This document shows, in pieces, positions 36,665-50,649 of a stretch of DNA of 64,000 nt. The position numbers and the translations under genes are program-made. The number at the start of each line of letters is the position of its first letter. Position 1 is the first letter of the stretch. Source of the DNA: Macrostomum lignano (lineage: Eukaryota); assembly GCA_002269645.1 (NCBI GenBank), contig NIVC01000318.1:34920-98919 (forward strand), written 5' to 3'. Below the pieces are notes generated by a model. The model worked only from the letters and a program-made list of their open reading frames with translations, ran no database searches and was not told the origin of the DNA.

Positions 36665-37325
36665 TAAGGGTTGGGGTTAGGGTTTTCAGGATTGAGGTTA
36701 GGGTTTTAAGAGTTGAGGATAGGGTTTTCAGGGTTGAGGTTAGAGTTTTCAGGGTTGAGGATAGGGTTTTAAGAGTTGAGGATAGGGTTTTCAGGGTTGA
36801 GGTTAGGGTTTTAAGAGTTAAGGATAGGGTTTTCAGGGTTGAGGTTAGAGTTTTCAGGGTTGAAGATAGGGTTTTCAGGGTTGAGGATAGGGTTTTCAGG
36901 GTTGAGGTTAGAGTTTTCAGGGTTGAGGTTAGAGTTTTCAGGGTTGAGGTTAGGGTTTTCAGGGTTGAGGTTAGGGTTTTCAGGGTTGAGGTTAGGGTTT
37001 CAAGGGTTTAGGTTGGGGTTTTAAGGGTTGGAGTTAGGGTTTTTAGGGTTGGAGTTAGGGTTTTAAGGGTTGAGGTTAGGGTAAGGGTTGTAATTAGGGT
37101 TTTAAGGGTTGGAATTAGGGTTTTAAGGGTCGAAGTTAGGGTTTAAAAGGTTCGCGTTGGAATTTAAGGGTTCGGGTTAGAGTTTTAAGGGTTGGATTTA
37201 GGGTTTTAAGGGTTCGAGTTAGAATTTTAAGGGTTGAGGTTAGGGTTTTAAGGGTTGAAGTTATGATTTTGCGGGTTAGGGTTAAGGTCCTAAGGGTTGG
37301 GATTTATATCAGGGTTAGGGTTTTG
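36665..37325 (+). repeat. 21-bp G-rich minisatellite containing TTAGGG (AGGGTTGAGGTTAGGGTTTTC)n, degenerating rightwards
   Basis: Direct reading. Confidence 0.9.
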
Positions 37326-37707
37326 AGGGTTGGGGCCGACAGTCGAATTCAGACAGTGTAATGTGGTTTATTGGACTGGCTTATGTGTTTTATATCTGAA
37401 TATCGGTTCATATTCCCGTTTTGAACTACTAACCCAACCGTGCATTACTACTAATAGTACTTCAGTAAATAGAGGGAATGAACTCGGAGATGCAGGGATG
37501 GAGAAGAATTATCAGCCAATCAGATCCAACGCAGAGTGCACAAGCAGACAGATATATACATATACATAACAATATAAGTTCTATAAGGCCGATATTACAC
37601 AGCAGCAGCAGTTTGAAGCAATGAAAAGTGAGGAGAAAACACTGTTATCATTGATGGCTGCAAAACCAGTAGAATCTGTGTAGACTTTTCCATTCCTATC
37701 CGAAATT

Positions 37708-40700
37708 CTAGAGCTGCAACTGCAGCAGGAACATCTTCAGCTCTCTGCCAGTCTGTCCGGCCTTGGACAGAGTGTCCGGCGAGGCCAGGGCGGAGCTGAT
37801 CTGCATGAAACAATCGTAGCACACCCGACAGCGCTGCGCCCGGTCCTCTCTGCTCAGATCCACCCCAGGCGATAGGCCGTGCGCAGACAGAGTGCTCTTG
37901 ATCAGAGTTGAGAACTGGCGCAGCACCAGCAGCGCGGCGGTCGCGCCGGTCTCCACGTAGCTGGCGTGCTTGCTGTTAAACAGGTCGCGGATTGCCGGCA
38001 GCAGAGCCGCCGAGATGTCCAGAGTCCACAGCGACTGGTTGGCCGTCAGCACGTTCAACAGGTCGATGAGCACAGCTGAGTCTTGGATGAGCAGGGCGCA
38101 GTCTACCGCAGTCTTGACCGTGTCAGCTGACCACATGGACCGGACTCGGCGCAGATGCCGCTCCCTGGCGCCAATCACCGACATGAAGGACTGGTGCGGG
38201 TGTCGGAACTTCGACACCAGGTCCTCGTCTGACTCGGCGGGCTGTTGCGGTGGCTGCTGCTGCTGCTGCTGCCGATGAGAATAGTGAAGTTTACTGTTCA
38301 CGATCACAGTCATTGTGTTTAAAGTCACAATGATTCCTGTCAGTCACAGCGTTCACAGTCAGTAATATTTTACACGGTCACATCCATAGTGTTCACGGAC
38401 ATATCCATAGTGTTTACGTCACAATCATACTGTTCACGGTCACATACTGTTCAGAATCAGTCACAGAGTTCACAGTCATGGACAAGACACTTAAGCCAGT
38501 GCTCATAAACTTTTCAAGACAATATTGTGTGGCATTGAAATAATGTTGCGGACAAAATACTCGTATGACCGGCAATGCATGCCTTCATCAGTTAACTAAT
38601 TAGCATCCAGTTTCAAAGTATTGATTGAATTGAAGAGATCTAATTGTAACTGAACGAGATTATATTGGCAATAAATTTAAATTATTGTCATACATAATAA
38701 AAATACTTCAACAATGTAAATGGTTTTGTTACAGAGCAGAAGCTCAGGTGACTTTGATGAGGAGACGCAATGGCTGAAAACGCAGAACAAAAGCTGAGTA
38801 TGGGACACAATAAGTATCTTCAATAAAAACGAGGACTTTATAGGATCGTCAAGTAGAACCCTCATAGATATTTCTTAGAATCCAAATTGAGATTTCTTAG
38901 AAACCTCATATTTCTTGGAACCCTCATAGATATTTCTTAGAATCCCCATTGAGATTTCTTAGAACCCTCATATTTCTTAGAATCCTCATAGATATTTCTT
39001 AGAACCCTTATTGATATTTCTTAGAATCCTCATTGGGACTTCCCAGAATCCTTACCGAGATTTTTTTAGAACTCTCATAGATATTTCTTAGAATCCTACT
39101 TGCTAGTTCTTAGAATTCTGATTGATATTTCTTAGAACTCTCATTGAGATTGCTTTATAATCCTTAGTGAGATTTCTTATAATGTTTAGCACTTCTCAGA
39201 ATCCTTGCTATTCAGCTGGACTTTACTTATCTAGGTAAAGTAAAAGTAACAATTCTTCATCCAAGGACAAAGGTATTGGACTTACCGGCAGGAAGTCCGA
39301 CACGGAGACCGACACGGCCGCTGGGGCGCCGCCGTTATTCCGCGGCGTCGGGGTAACAGCCGCCGCGGCCGCCTCGGGCCGACGTTCGCGGCTACGGGCT
39401 CGGTCTCTGGTCGGCGGTGGCTGCTGCTGCGGCGGCGACGGTTGTGGCGGCGGCTGTCGGGGCTCCGGCTGGGGAGGCGGCGAGGCCGGCTCTGGCGCGG
39501 CGCGGCGCTGATCGCCTGCTGAGATGATAATTACAATTGTTTGAGCTTGTTAATTAGAGCTGTCAATCAGCATCTGAGCATCTGACTAGCTGTCAATCAC
39601 CTCACTGGCTGTCAATCAGCCTCACCTCACTGGCTGTCAATCAGCCTCACCTCACTGGCTGTCAATCAGCCTCACCTCACTGACTGTCAATCAGCTTCAC
39701 CTCACTGGCTGTCAATCAGCTTCACCTCACTGACTGTCAATCAGCCTCACCTCACTGGCTGTCAATCAGCTTCACCTCACTGGCTGTCAATCAGCCTCAC
39801 CTCACTGGCTGTCAATCAGCCTCACCTCACTGGCTGTCAATCAGCCTCACCTCACTGGCTGTCAATCAGCCTCACCTCACTGGCTGTCAATCAGCTTCAC
39901 CTCACTGGCTGTCAATCAGCTTCACCTCACTGGCTGTCAATCAGCTTCACCTCACTGGCTGTCAATCAGCTTCACCTCACTGGCTGTCAATCAGCCTCAC
40001 CTCACTGGCTGTCAATCAGCCTCACCAGGATTACTGACAATTTATGGCTAACTGGTTGCCAGTATACTTTACGCTACTGTAAGTAGTATTATTTGCGCAC
40101 CAAACAGGCGCTATAAGTGGCTAAAAATGAAGAGCGCACGGAACAGGATAGGCACTGACCATCAGGCGGCTTAGTCGGACTCTCCTTAGTCGGCGGGGTG
40201 AACGGCTTGGCGGCCGCGGCGGCGAACGCGTGGGCTGGCCGCGAGGCGCCGGCGCCGGACGAAGACGACGGCGGCGATGGCGAGCGTCGAAGCGCCCGTT
40301 TAGGCGCGAAAATGTCATTATAGGCCTCCGGGTCGTGAATTTGCATCTCGCTGGACTCCTCATCGACTGAGGCCGCGCCGGCGCCGCCAGCCAGCGCGGC
40401 TTTTTTCTTTGAAGTTTTCGTCTTCGGCACCAGGTTGGGCTCCGGCTGGTTGAAAGACTTCCTGCCGGAAGTGGTGGTCGGCCGGTCTTTGTCCGGCGGC
40501 GACAACACGGCGGCGGCTTGGGCGGGCGCCGGGGTAACGTAGGGTGCGCAGGACTTCACGTCCACAACGTAGGTCACGACGCTGCTGTGAGCAAAGCCGG
40601 CGCCTGGATTGGAAAATACAATGCACTTTTAACTAGGGACTGGCTTGCTACTGGTGAGTAGCTAGGAAAAGGTGTGTATTTTGTAAATTACACAGAGGAA

Positions 40701-43700
40701 TTCTTCATATAGTCTGAGGGAACTTTTCATATAGTCTGAGGGAATTCTTCATATATACTGAGGGAATTCTTCATATATACTGAGGGAATTCTTCATATAT
40801 ACTGAGGGAATTATTCATAAAGACTAAGGGAATTCTCCATATAATCTAGGGGAATTCTCCATATAAACTGAAGGAATTTTCCTTATAGTCTGAGGGAATT
40901 CTCCATATAGTCTGAGGGAATTTTCCTTATAGTTTGAGGGAATTCTCCATATAATCTGGGAATTCTCCATATAATCTGAGGGAATTCTCCACATAATCTG
41001 AAGGAATTCTGTATCTGATCGGAGGGAATCGAGACGATAGAAAATGTGAAATATCTGCACAGAAGCCACGAATTCCTCTGATAAAAAACGGGAAAATCTC
41101 TCCAGTCCTCACCAATCAGCTGGTTGTGCCTGGCGGATACGACCAGGTCAGCCAGGGTCAGGCGGCCCCAGCCCACCGGCACGGTCTCCAGCAGGGCGGT
41201 CGGCTCCACATTGATAATCTTCAGCGTGTCGCCGCAGGACGCGTACACGGAGTTGCCGTCCGGGTTGAAGGCGATCCGACGCGGCGGGGTCGGCATATCA
41301 GTTTCCAGGGTGGAACCGATCGACTGAAACAGTTCCAGGTCAAGGAAGCGGACCGTCTTGTCCTGGAAGGCGGCCGCCATCAGCAGCACGCTCGGATGGA
41401 AGCTCAGGTCGGTGGCGCCGGCGCTGAGTTCGGCAAATTCGGCCTGGATTTTGCCGGCCTCCAGGTCCCAGATCTGGCGGGGCAGCGGTATTGATCCTGC
41501 CTGAATGCCTGTGTGCCTCTCTAATGTCTGCCGTCTGTCTGTCTGTCTGCCTGCCTGCCTGCCTTAGTGCTTGTCTGTCTCTTTATCTGTCTCTCTAAAT
41601 ATCTATCTGTCTGCCTGTCTGTCTGTCTGTCTATCAGTTTCCGTCTGTCTGCCTGTCTGTCTGTCTGTCTATCAGTTTCCGTCTGTCTGTCTGTCTGCCT
41701 GTCTGTCTATCAGTTTCTGTCTGTCTGTCTGTTTGTCTATCAGTTTCTGCCTGCCTGCCTGCCTGCCTGTCTATCAGTTTCTGTCTATCTGTCTGTCGTC
41801 TGTCCATCTGTCGGTCTGTCTGCTATCGATATCTGTTATCTATTCAGCTACGGTCTCTAATAACCTATCAATCAATCAATGCGTAAGTTTATCAGAGCAT
41901 CAGGCCATAAAAAACGAAACACAATAATAGCCGCACCTTGATAACAGAGTCCTGCCCGGCAGTAACAACCCAACGACCGTCGGGAGAGAATTTCACGCAG
42001 GTCAGCGGCTCCGTGTGACCCTTGTATGTGTAGATGCAGCCCTTGCGCCTGATGTCCCACAGCTGGACAGGTAGGGTAAATCAATAAAATTATTTAGTAG
42101 CTGATTAAGCATTATTGACCGCCCTGCTATCAAACTGATCCCTCAGCAAGCCGCACTGCTATCAAACTGATGCCTCAGCAAGCCGCACTGCTATCAAACT
42201 GATGCCTCAGCAAGCCTCACTGCAATCAAACTGATGCCTCAGCAAGCCGCACTGCAATCAAACTGATGCCTCAGCAAGCCGCACTGCTATCAAACTGATG
42301 CCTCAGCAAGCCGCACTGCTATCAAACTGATGCCTCAGCAAGCCTCACTGCAATCAAACTGATGCCTCAGCAAGCCGCACTGCTATCAAACTGATCCCTC
42401 AGCAAGCCGCACTGCTATCAAACTGATCCCTCAGCAAGCCGCACTGCAATCAAACTGATGCCTCAGCAAGCCGCACTGCTATCAAACTGATCCCTCAGCA
42501 AGCCACACTGCAATCAAACTGATCCCTCAGCAAGCCGCACTGCAATCAAACTGATCCCTCAGCAAGCCGCACTGCTATCAAACTGATGCCTCAGCAAGCC
42601 GCACTGCTATCAAACTGATGCCTCAGCAAGCCTCACTGCAATCAAACTGATGCCTCAGCAAGCCGCACTGCTATCAAACTGATCCCTCAGCAAGCCGCAC
42701 TGCTATCAAACTGATCCCTCAGCAAGCCGCACTGCAATCAAACTGATGCCTCAGCAAGCCGCACTGCTATCAAACTGATCCCTCAGCAAGCCGCACTGCA
42801 ATCAAACTGATCCCTCAGCAAGCCGCACTGCAATCAAACTGATGCCTCAGCAAGCCGCACTGCTATCAAACTGATCCCTCAGCAAGCCGCACTGCTATCA
42901 AACTGATGCCTCAGCAAGCCTCACTGCAATCAAACTGATGCCTCAGCAAGCCGCACTGCTATCAAACTGATCCCTCAGCAAGCCGCACTGCTATCAAACT
43001 GATCCCTCAGCAAGCCGCACTGCAATCAAACTGATGCCTCAGCAAGCCGCACTGCTATCAAACTGATCCCTCAGCAAGCCGCACTGCAATCAAACTGATC
43101 CCTCAGCAAGCCGCACTGCAATCAAACTGATCCCTCAGCAAGCCGCACTGCAATCAAACTGATGCCTCAGCAAGCCGCACTGCTATCAAACTGATGCCTC
43201 AGCAAGCCTCACTGCAATCAAACTGATGCCTCAGCAAGCCGCACTGCTATCAAACTGATCCCTCAGCAAGCCGCACTGCTATCAAACTGATCCCTCAGCA
43301 AGCCGCACTGCAATCAAACTGATGCCTCAGCAAGCCGCACTGCTATCAAACTGATCCCTCAGCAAGCCGCACTGCTATCAAACTGATGCCTCAGCAAGCC
43401 TCACTGCAATCAAACTGATGCCTCAGCAAGCCGCACTGCAATCAAACTGATGCCTCAGCAAGCCGCACTGCTATCAAACTGATGCCTCAGCAAGCCGCAC
43501 TGCTATCAAACTGATCCCTCAGCAAGCCGCACTGCAATCAAACTGATCCCTCAGCAAGCCGCACTGCAATCAAACTGATCCCTCAGCAAGCCGCACTGCA
43601 ATCAATTACCTTCGCGCTGCCATCCGCACAGCCGGAGACAGCGAAATCCCCAAACGGATGCAAATCCAGGCAGCTGACGGCCGCTTTGTGGCCAGATAGG

Positions 43701-43962
43701 GAGCGCATTAGCTTAGCCTCGTTTAAATCCCAGATTTTGATGACGCCAGAGAGGGAGCCAGCAGCCAGCTTATCCTCCTTGGAGTTGAACCGCAGCGACT
43801 CAACTGAGGCGGTGTGTCCAGCCAAGCTCATGATGCAGGAGGTGCGGCCAACAACCCACAGTTTCACCATTTTGTCGTCGCCGCCAGTGGCCAGGATGGA
43901 GCCGGTGAGCTGGCCAAGGCTGAGGCAGGTCACGGAGCCGGGCGTGTGTGCTACGCATTCCG
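37708..43962 (-). CDS. KATNB1: Katanin p80 WD40-repeat subunit B1; short first exon not located
   Basis: Phase-consistent exons 43962-43610, 42062-41937, 41473-41113, 40603-40160, 39518-39286 and ~38268-37708. WD40 repeats ([27 protein letters not shown]) and the C-terminal con80 domain (H..F..V...R..L.V...W; LWTLD). Confidence 0.93.
39585..40025. repeat. 25-bp intronic minisatellite (TGGCTGTCAATCAGCCTCACCTCAC)n
   Basis: Direct reading; KATNB1 intron. Confidence 0.95.
40700..41000. repeat. Degenerate ~24-bp intronic repeat (GAGGGAATTCTCCATATAGTCT-like)
   Basis: Direct reading; a similar degenerate array (ATTTCTTAGAA core) lies at 38865-39200. Confidence 0.8.
41525..41820. repeat. (GTCT)n-type microsatellite
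   Basis: Direct reading; KATNB1 intron. Confidence 0.9.
42125..43605. repeat. 32-bp intronic minisatellite (CTGATCCCTCAGCAAGCCGCACTGCTATCAAA)n, ~46 copies
   Basis: Period of 32; abuts the splice donor at 43609. Confidence 0.96.
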
Positions 43963-46900
43963 CTAAATAAGGATAATGTGTGTTGGTGAGCTAACTGATC
44001 TATTGAAGCCCCAGCAGATTACTTGTTTGTTGAACATGACAAAGTTTCAATAATAAACTAAAATTATTGAGAACCTCTTTGGAATTTTTTCATATAAATT
44101 TCATCAGTTATCATAAAAGCACAATTATCTAACTCTAATAAATTTAGATAGTGTAAATTAGTAAGACCAATTAGTTTATTTAACAAGTAACTATGATAGT
44201 AAACAATTGGTTCAAATGGTATTCTTAAGACTTGACTAGAGATTAACAATTGTATATCATTTTACAAAAAATAAAAAATCTGGATCCATCTAATGAAACC
44301 CAATTAAGGCTAATTAAGTTAGGTAAACAAAATATCAAATTTGTTATTTTGATAGGCAATTCACTTGCAGGCAAATCTAGGTGTGAAAATCTTGACAGGC
44401 AATTCTTGGTGGGAAAATCTTGACAGACAATTTTTTCTGCTGATTCTTGTGTTCCCTCTATAGATCAAAAATCAATGTCAATCAATCAATGTCTTATGAT
44501 CATTAAAATGATACCAGGCAATACCATTCCACTGTGGTGATAAATATGGCTATAGGAACACATAATTCCCACAGATGGTAATATTGAAAATCTAATAACT
44601 AAGACTTACTCACCTTGTTGATAAACTTCAGAATCAAAAAGTTCAAGTTTGGCAATTAAGTACAAAGGATCATTGGAGCCATTGATTTCATTGGTAGAAA
44701 CTAGAGTAGAAGGTAGAAACTAGATTGCTAATCAAGGACTCAAGCAATAGATTTTCCATGCTATGCCTTTTATACATTGTATAGATAGAATAGTAGGGGC
44801 TAAAGTTGAGATGAATGTCTTTGTAAGTGCAAGGGGCCTAGAGAAGCTATAACTTGCTAGGGTCAAGGACTCAAGTAATAGATTTCTTATGCCATATGCA
44901 CATTGTATAAATTAAAAAATGATAGTAGTGGCTAAAGCCAAAGCAAAGCTAACAATTTCTAGTATACTAATGACTTCCTTCAAAGTTGGCATAGGCATAC
45001 ATATAAATTTTGGCATATATACCAATTTTGACATAAATAAAATGTACAATATTTTGAAAAAAATTTATAATATAAAAGGTAGATATAGCAATGATAAAAT
45101 GTTTCTTTTTCATGATTTACATAAAATAAAACTAGTAAAAAGTATATACTAAAAATCTAAATTCTGCATACTAATCTTAGAGCCTGCAAGTGTATCTGGA
45201 AGTGGCCATTAAGGTGCCCTCACACTTACCAGTCTAACCTGCTTATCACATAGCATCTGTGTACCATCAACCCTAGAGATTGGGTGGGGGTAGTCCCACT
45301 TTAGCTTGAGTGGCTTGGGGATTAGGGTTGACTAACTATTAGCACATTAGCCTATATAATCTGATTGTATGCACATGCCTAAAACTGTTTTTGCTTTCCA
45401 CAAATACAAATTAAATTGTTTGTTTTGTAAACAATGGTACATGGCCAGTGGTGCAACTAGGGGTAGGAATCATCAGCCTTAGGCAAAGACCTAAAAAAAT
45501 CAAAGGGGAGACCAACCCTGGTATACTTAATATAACAAGCATATAGAACAAAAAAATTGACAAAGAAAGGCATGCAGAACTATGGTTTTTTGGCATAAGA
45601 ATATGTATATTAAGATTTAAATGTAGCAATTGTAAAAGTAGTGCCAGTATTTAATATTCTAAAGCTCCCTTAGGGCTTTAATACTGCGCAATATTTTATA
45701 TTTTGTTTTGCACACATGCCTAGTTCATTTGACTTTTGCACAGAATGCATTATTTGTCTTTGGGATGAATTCTACCCTGGGAACCAAGCAAATTTTTGCC
45801 AAAAATAGACTAGGCCTACCTTCCCTTTGCCCACTTTGGGTCTTTACCTTCCAAAATCTGCTTTCTCTTAACAAATTTCTAGATGCACAATTGCGCCTAG
45901 TGTATAATTGGTGAGCACAATGTAGAGTAAGTATGCAAACAAAAAACTCCCTAGGATACATTCTAGCATGCATCTAACATGATCTAGAATATGGTATAAA
46001 ACTAATTCTAGCAAAGTCAAATGACCTTTTTAGGTTTAGGAAAAATTTAAGGAAATTATTTTTTCTTGCTTTTGTATTTTACTTCTTTTGACATTGTTAA
46101 TATTGAAGATAGATTAATGTCTTTGCCTCCTTTAGATATAAAACCTAGCTATATGCCTATATACTACTATATAGTCTAGACCTTGAAATCAATGGATACC
46201 TATCTAGGTCTTATACCATAGTCCGGATCATGCTGGGTTCATGCCCATTCTCAAAAATATGCTGGTGTTACAACAATAAATGACCTTTTTTATGTTGTGA
46301 CAATAAAATACCTTTTTTAAATTGCGTAATAGACCTTTATTATTAGATAATTTTGTTGCTTTTAAAGCTATTTTGGTGATACTATTTACAGCGGAAAGTT
46401 TATACACAGATTTGTTTAAATACTCTTTTACAAGCTAGAAAAAACTGGAAAGCTTGAAATTTGCGCCTAAAAATGAACTTTTTTCATCTTTTTTCTACTT
46501 TACAATAACTTTTACATATGATTCTATAAAGTGCATGCCAGGTGTGCATGCCTAATTTTGGTGTGCAAGGCCAATGGCAATGCATGCCCAAATTTTCGGG
46601 CATATATATTACATGATCCAAAGTGTGGGTCTTATAGTTTGGATCATGCTAAGTGTACAACCAACCAAAAATTGAATAGTGATGCATGCCAAATATAGTA
46701 CATGCCCACACTCTTAAATCTAAGTCAGTATGGATATAGTGAATAACCTTTTTTATTGCCAATACTATTTATAGCTAAATATATTGATATGTACAAAACA
46801 AAATTTGATAAAATACCGTATTATAAGCCTAAAACAGGAAAGCTTAAAATTTACACTTAAAGGCTTTCTTAAAATGCTTGTGAAAGTAGGCCCCTATTTT

Positions 46901-49659
46901 ATAAATTTAATGAAACAATGGGCATATAAGCATATTAAAATAACCAAAAAGTGTATTGTTAAATTGGACATCCTGTATCTTTGAGAATGTAGTAATACAT
47001 AGGGGCCACTTGACAGTTTTTAATTTTGTCCTTTTTCTTTGCATGGCATATTTTTCCTTTTTCTAACATTGTATTATAACCAATGGAAAGACCTTATTAT
47101 GTTGTATTTAACTTCTAAAAAGAGAATAAAATTAAATATGCAAATTATAGTATTTATACAGCAAAAAGTTATGCTAACCATAGTTAACTTACTCAGCTTC
47201 CAGCATTTCTTTGCCTCGGTCATCATTAACTTTGCTAATATTTTATTTTATTGCTATTAGAGTTATTAAACTTTTTCTGCAGTTTGAGAATCTTAGATGC
47301 TGAAGTGAAGTAAGAATTATTTTTTTAACGGTTGCATTAGAAGAAATAAAGTTTCTTTTAAAATAAAAGAGATGCTTCTGTAATTAATAAATTAGTGTTT
47401 TTAAAATATATTTAAAAGAAACAGGGAGAGTTGAGCATAAAAGGGGCTTGACAAAGATATATAAAAAATCCACACCGACTATAATTAAAGCCTAGAGAAG
47501 AATTTTTGATGTCGTAGAAAATTACAGCTGCTTAAAATGACTCACAATTTTGAAGTACTATAACAAATACTGAGGTTTAATATCAAAATATGCCGTAAAT
47601 CTATAAACTGCATGCAAAAAAATTATAAGAATGTTTTGTGGGTCATAAAAGTATCTTTTTTGCTATTTCATGAATGTATTCTGATTGCGACTTTAGTTTG
47701 GAATGAACCTCGAACTCGAGCTTGCCAAGCCGGTGGAGCAGGGTGCAGGGGGGTGTCGGAGGCACGGGGGGTCCATAATTTTTTCATAATGACCCATAGG
47801 TTCCGCTCTGTCACTCTACTGTTTTTTGCTGATGCCCTTATGCTGGTGTGGCTGATCGGAGGCCCTTAAGTTAGCAGATAAAGCTTGCTATTAGTTACAG
47901 TAGATACCGATGCATTGGCCTAGCTTATTAAAGCATCATGCATTACATTCTGGCGTTGACTCTTTTGATGGACGCAATACAAAGGATTGTCCTTTCCTCA
48001 AGGGGCTTCTTTAAGTAACTGCAGGTCCAGTGGCCCAGTGCCAGGGCCCAGGGGCTGTTATATGTTCTTGCTAAAATATGGGCTTGGGGTGGGGGGTCGA
48101 TCATGTTAATTCAGTGGTATAGCTATCTCCCGGTATGATTTAACTATCAACTTCTCCCACATTAAAGCATGCACCAGGCAGTAGAAAAAAACATACAACA
48201 CACAATAAGCTGGAGAAGAACGACGCTGCTGCATGGCTAACAAACAGTTTAACTGGCTAACATACTGCCCATCCAATAGTCTTTTTTTCCGCTTTTATTG
48301 CCAATCTGCAGAAAGAACAGATCTGAAGATGTTCAGCAACTGCGGAGAAAGTGCATGCATTCATTCCCCAAGGATTTCGTGACAGAAAAAAATTAAAGCA
48401 ATTGAAAATTTTAAGAAACATCCCAAGCAACAGGTACGCGCGTATTACGCGCATAAAACGCGCGTTTTCATTCGCGTTTTACGCGCGTAAGCTACGTGCG
48501 TTTTACGCGCATTTTTTGGTAATTCTGTACACGCGTAAGTGAACGCACAAAATACGCGCCTTTTGTAACACAGAAAATACGCTGTAATAACGCAATGCTA
48601 TAACTGCATCCCAGTGGCAAAGCCGAGCTCGGTCCGCCGGGATCGGGCCGAGCTCGGCGGGTTGACGGCGGTTCTAGCTCGGGCCGAGGTCGGCTGACCG
48701 CGGAAATGCCGAGTAGCTTTGCACTATACTTTCTATTTAGCTTGTTATAAAGCTTATATTGCTTCTTACAGATTGACTACATGTAGGTGCCACTTTTACT
48801 TTCTATAGACTTGTACTGTACATGTACAATTCGGTATTACATGAAAAAGAAAAGGTGAATGGGAAGACGATATGACACGAATTGAAACCATCGAGTTAGT
48901 GCATTGCAGTGGTAATGTATATGAGCCTAGTTATGGTGAGCCTCTAGTAAAACTAGTTAATTGATTTCCCCTCGGAATTAGATACATATCAACCACCGGA
49001 CTCGATCAGTTCTCTGACCCAACAAATATACAACCAACAACCATGTTCAGGATTAAATGATTGTGAAATAAGACAACGATTTAGAAGAACTTAAAATAAT
49101 TGAATTAAAAGAACACCGCAACCGTAAATCCACCACAAGCACACTAGTTTATTATTAATGATACAAGATTAACTTTTACACTAATAAGCAAGAAAACAAA
49201 CAGAGAAAAAGTAGCTAAACAGCTGAAAACAGAGGTTGAGTTTAAGGGTTGTGATACGGATTTGGTTGAGCATTTATTAACATTATAAACTGTAAAGACT
49301 TCACTTTAGATTGTAGAACGAGACGCTTGATACGAGGAAAGCGACTGCAGTTTATATTGTAAATATTGAGCACGATACATTGGTTGTAAGAGGCTTAAGG
49401 GTGGAAAGCAAGAGCGGCCAGAATGCAGAGCGCACATAAGAATTTACAGCGAAATATCGCAGAAGGGAGCACGCAGCGAAACTGGTAAAAAACCACCTCA
49501 AAACACGGAGTAAAAACAAGCTAACAAAAAACAACAATTTGCCCAGCCAAGTCACCACACTCCTCCCCACAAAAATTAAGTGTTGGATAAAAACGGAATA
49601 AAAGACGCAAATCAGTTTGCAGTCCATAGAGGAACAGTCATTAGTCACTGGTAGCGCAG

Positions 49660-50010
49660 CTGGTCAGGTTAATCTCTTGCCCTGGTCGAACGTCAAAGTG
49701 GCGCCGCAGAGCTCAACTCTGGCGCCTGGCCAGGCGTCTCCGCAGGGGCCTCTGGTTGATCGTCAGGCACCTCGGCACATAGCGGTTGCTCAACTTTGGA
49801 AGGCGCCGCAGGCACTTGATTGATGTGCCGATGGACCTCTCGACCATCGTCAAACTGGCAAGAGAGACGGCCCTGGAGCAGTTGGTCACATCAGCAGGCT
49901 TCCAGCTGCCATCAGCAGCAAAGTCCCTCGCAACGACTGCATTGCCCATCTCAATGTGGAGGTCATGGGCATGGGTGTCATGCTGCTGCTTCTGGATCGC
50001 TTGTGGGGAG
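49660..50010 (-). pseudogene. Possible Merlin/ISXO2-type transposase N-terminal remnant
   Basis: RDFAADGSWK....NCSRAVSL...TMVERS resembles the DG..W.C...C...S...T.FE.S zinc-ribbon region; degraded, recognised by eye only. Confidence 0.3.
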
Positions 50011-50649
50011 GCTTAGAATCTCACCCCATTGTTGTATCTAGAACATCAAGGGGGTTAGAAATGAAGCCATATGATGAAAAAGTAAAAAAATGGAATCAAA
50101 TGCATAAATTGAAAAACAAAAATGAAACCCAAATCTGGCCTGCAGTGCAAAACTGATGCCAAATGTGGCATAGGGCCCTAGTATATAAAAATAGCATCAA
50201 GATCTAGTCTATAATGCAAAAATAAAGTAAAAACCTATAATAGTAAAATAAGTATACTATAGTTATACTAAAGTCATTAGAAAAATAATACTTATAATAT
50301 GAGTACTGTGAATCAATTCAAAAAAGTAAAAATTCTGGCATATATAGCAAAATTACATTAAATTGCCTGCCATAAAATGCACAATTGGCATTATATCCTG
50401 GCCTATAGTACATAAACAATGCCTTAAATCAATACAAATATTAGTCAGTTTATGCATTACAATGCTAGCTCGTAGGAATATTGCCGAAAAAGGAGTTTGA
50501 TAAATGAACAGCAATTTTTATTTAAAAAATTAATTTAGGAACAAAGAGTGTAATGAAAGAGCAACTTAAATTAACTGAGTAGTGATGAGTAGTGAGTAGT
50601 GATTATTAAGCATAAAAGAAAAAACCGCAAAAGCACACAAAATGCGCGA

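Noticed and set aside
44610-44650. Candidate first exon of KATNB1 (AAG|gtgagt near 44613)
   Set aside because: The donor is good and the phase fits, but no in-frame ATG or WKL-like motif could be supported.
48420-48720. CGCG-rich and GCCGAGCTCGG-rich segments beginning CCCAAGCAACA and CCCAGTGGCA
   Set aside because: They look like single transposon ends, but no partner TIR or TSD was found in the window.
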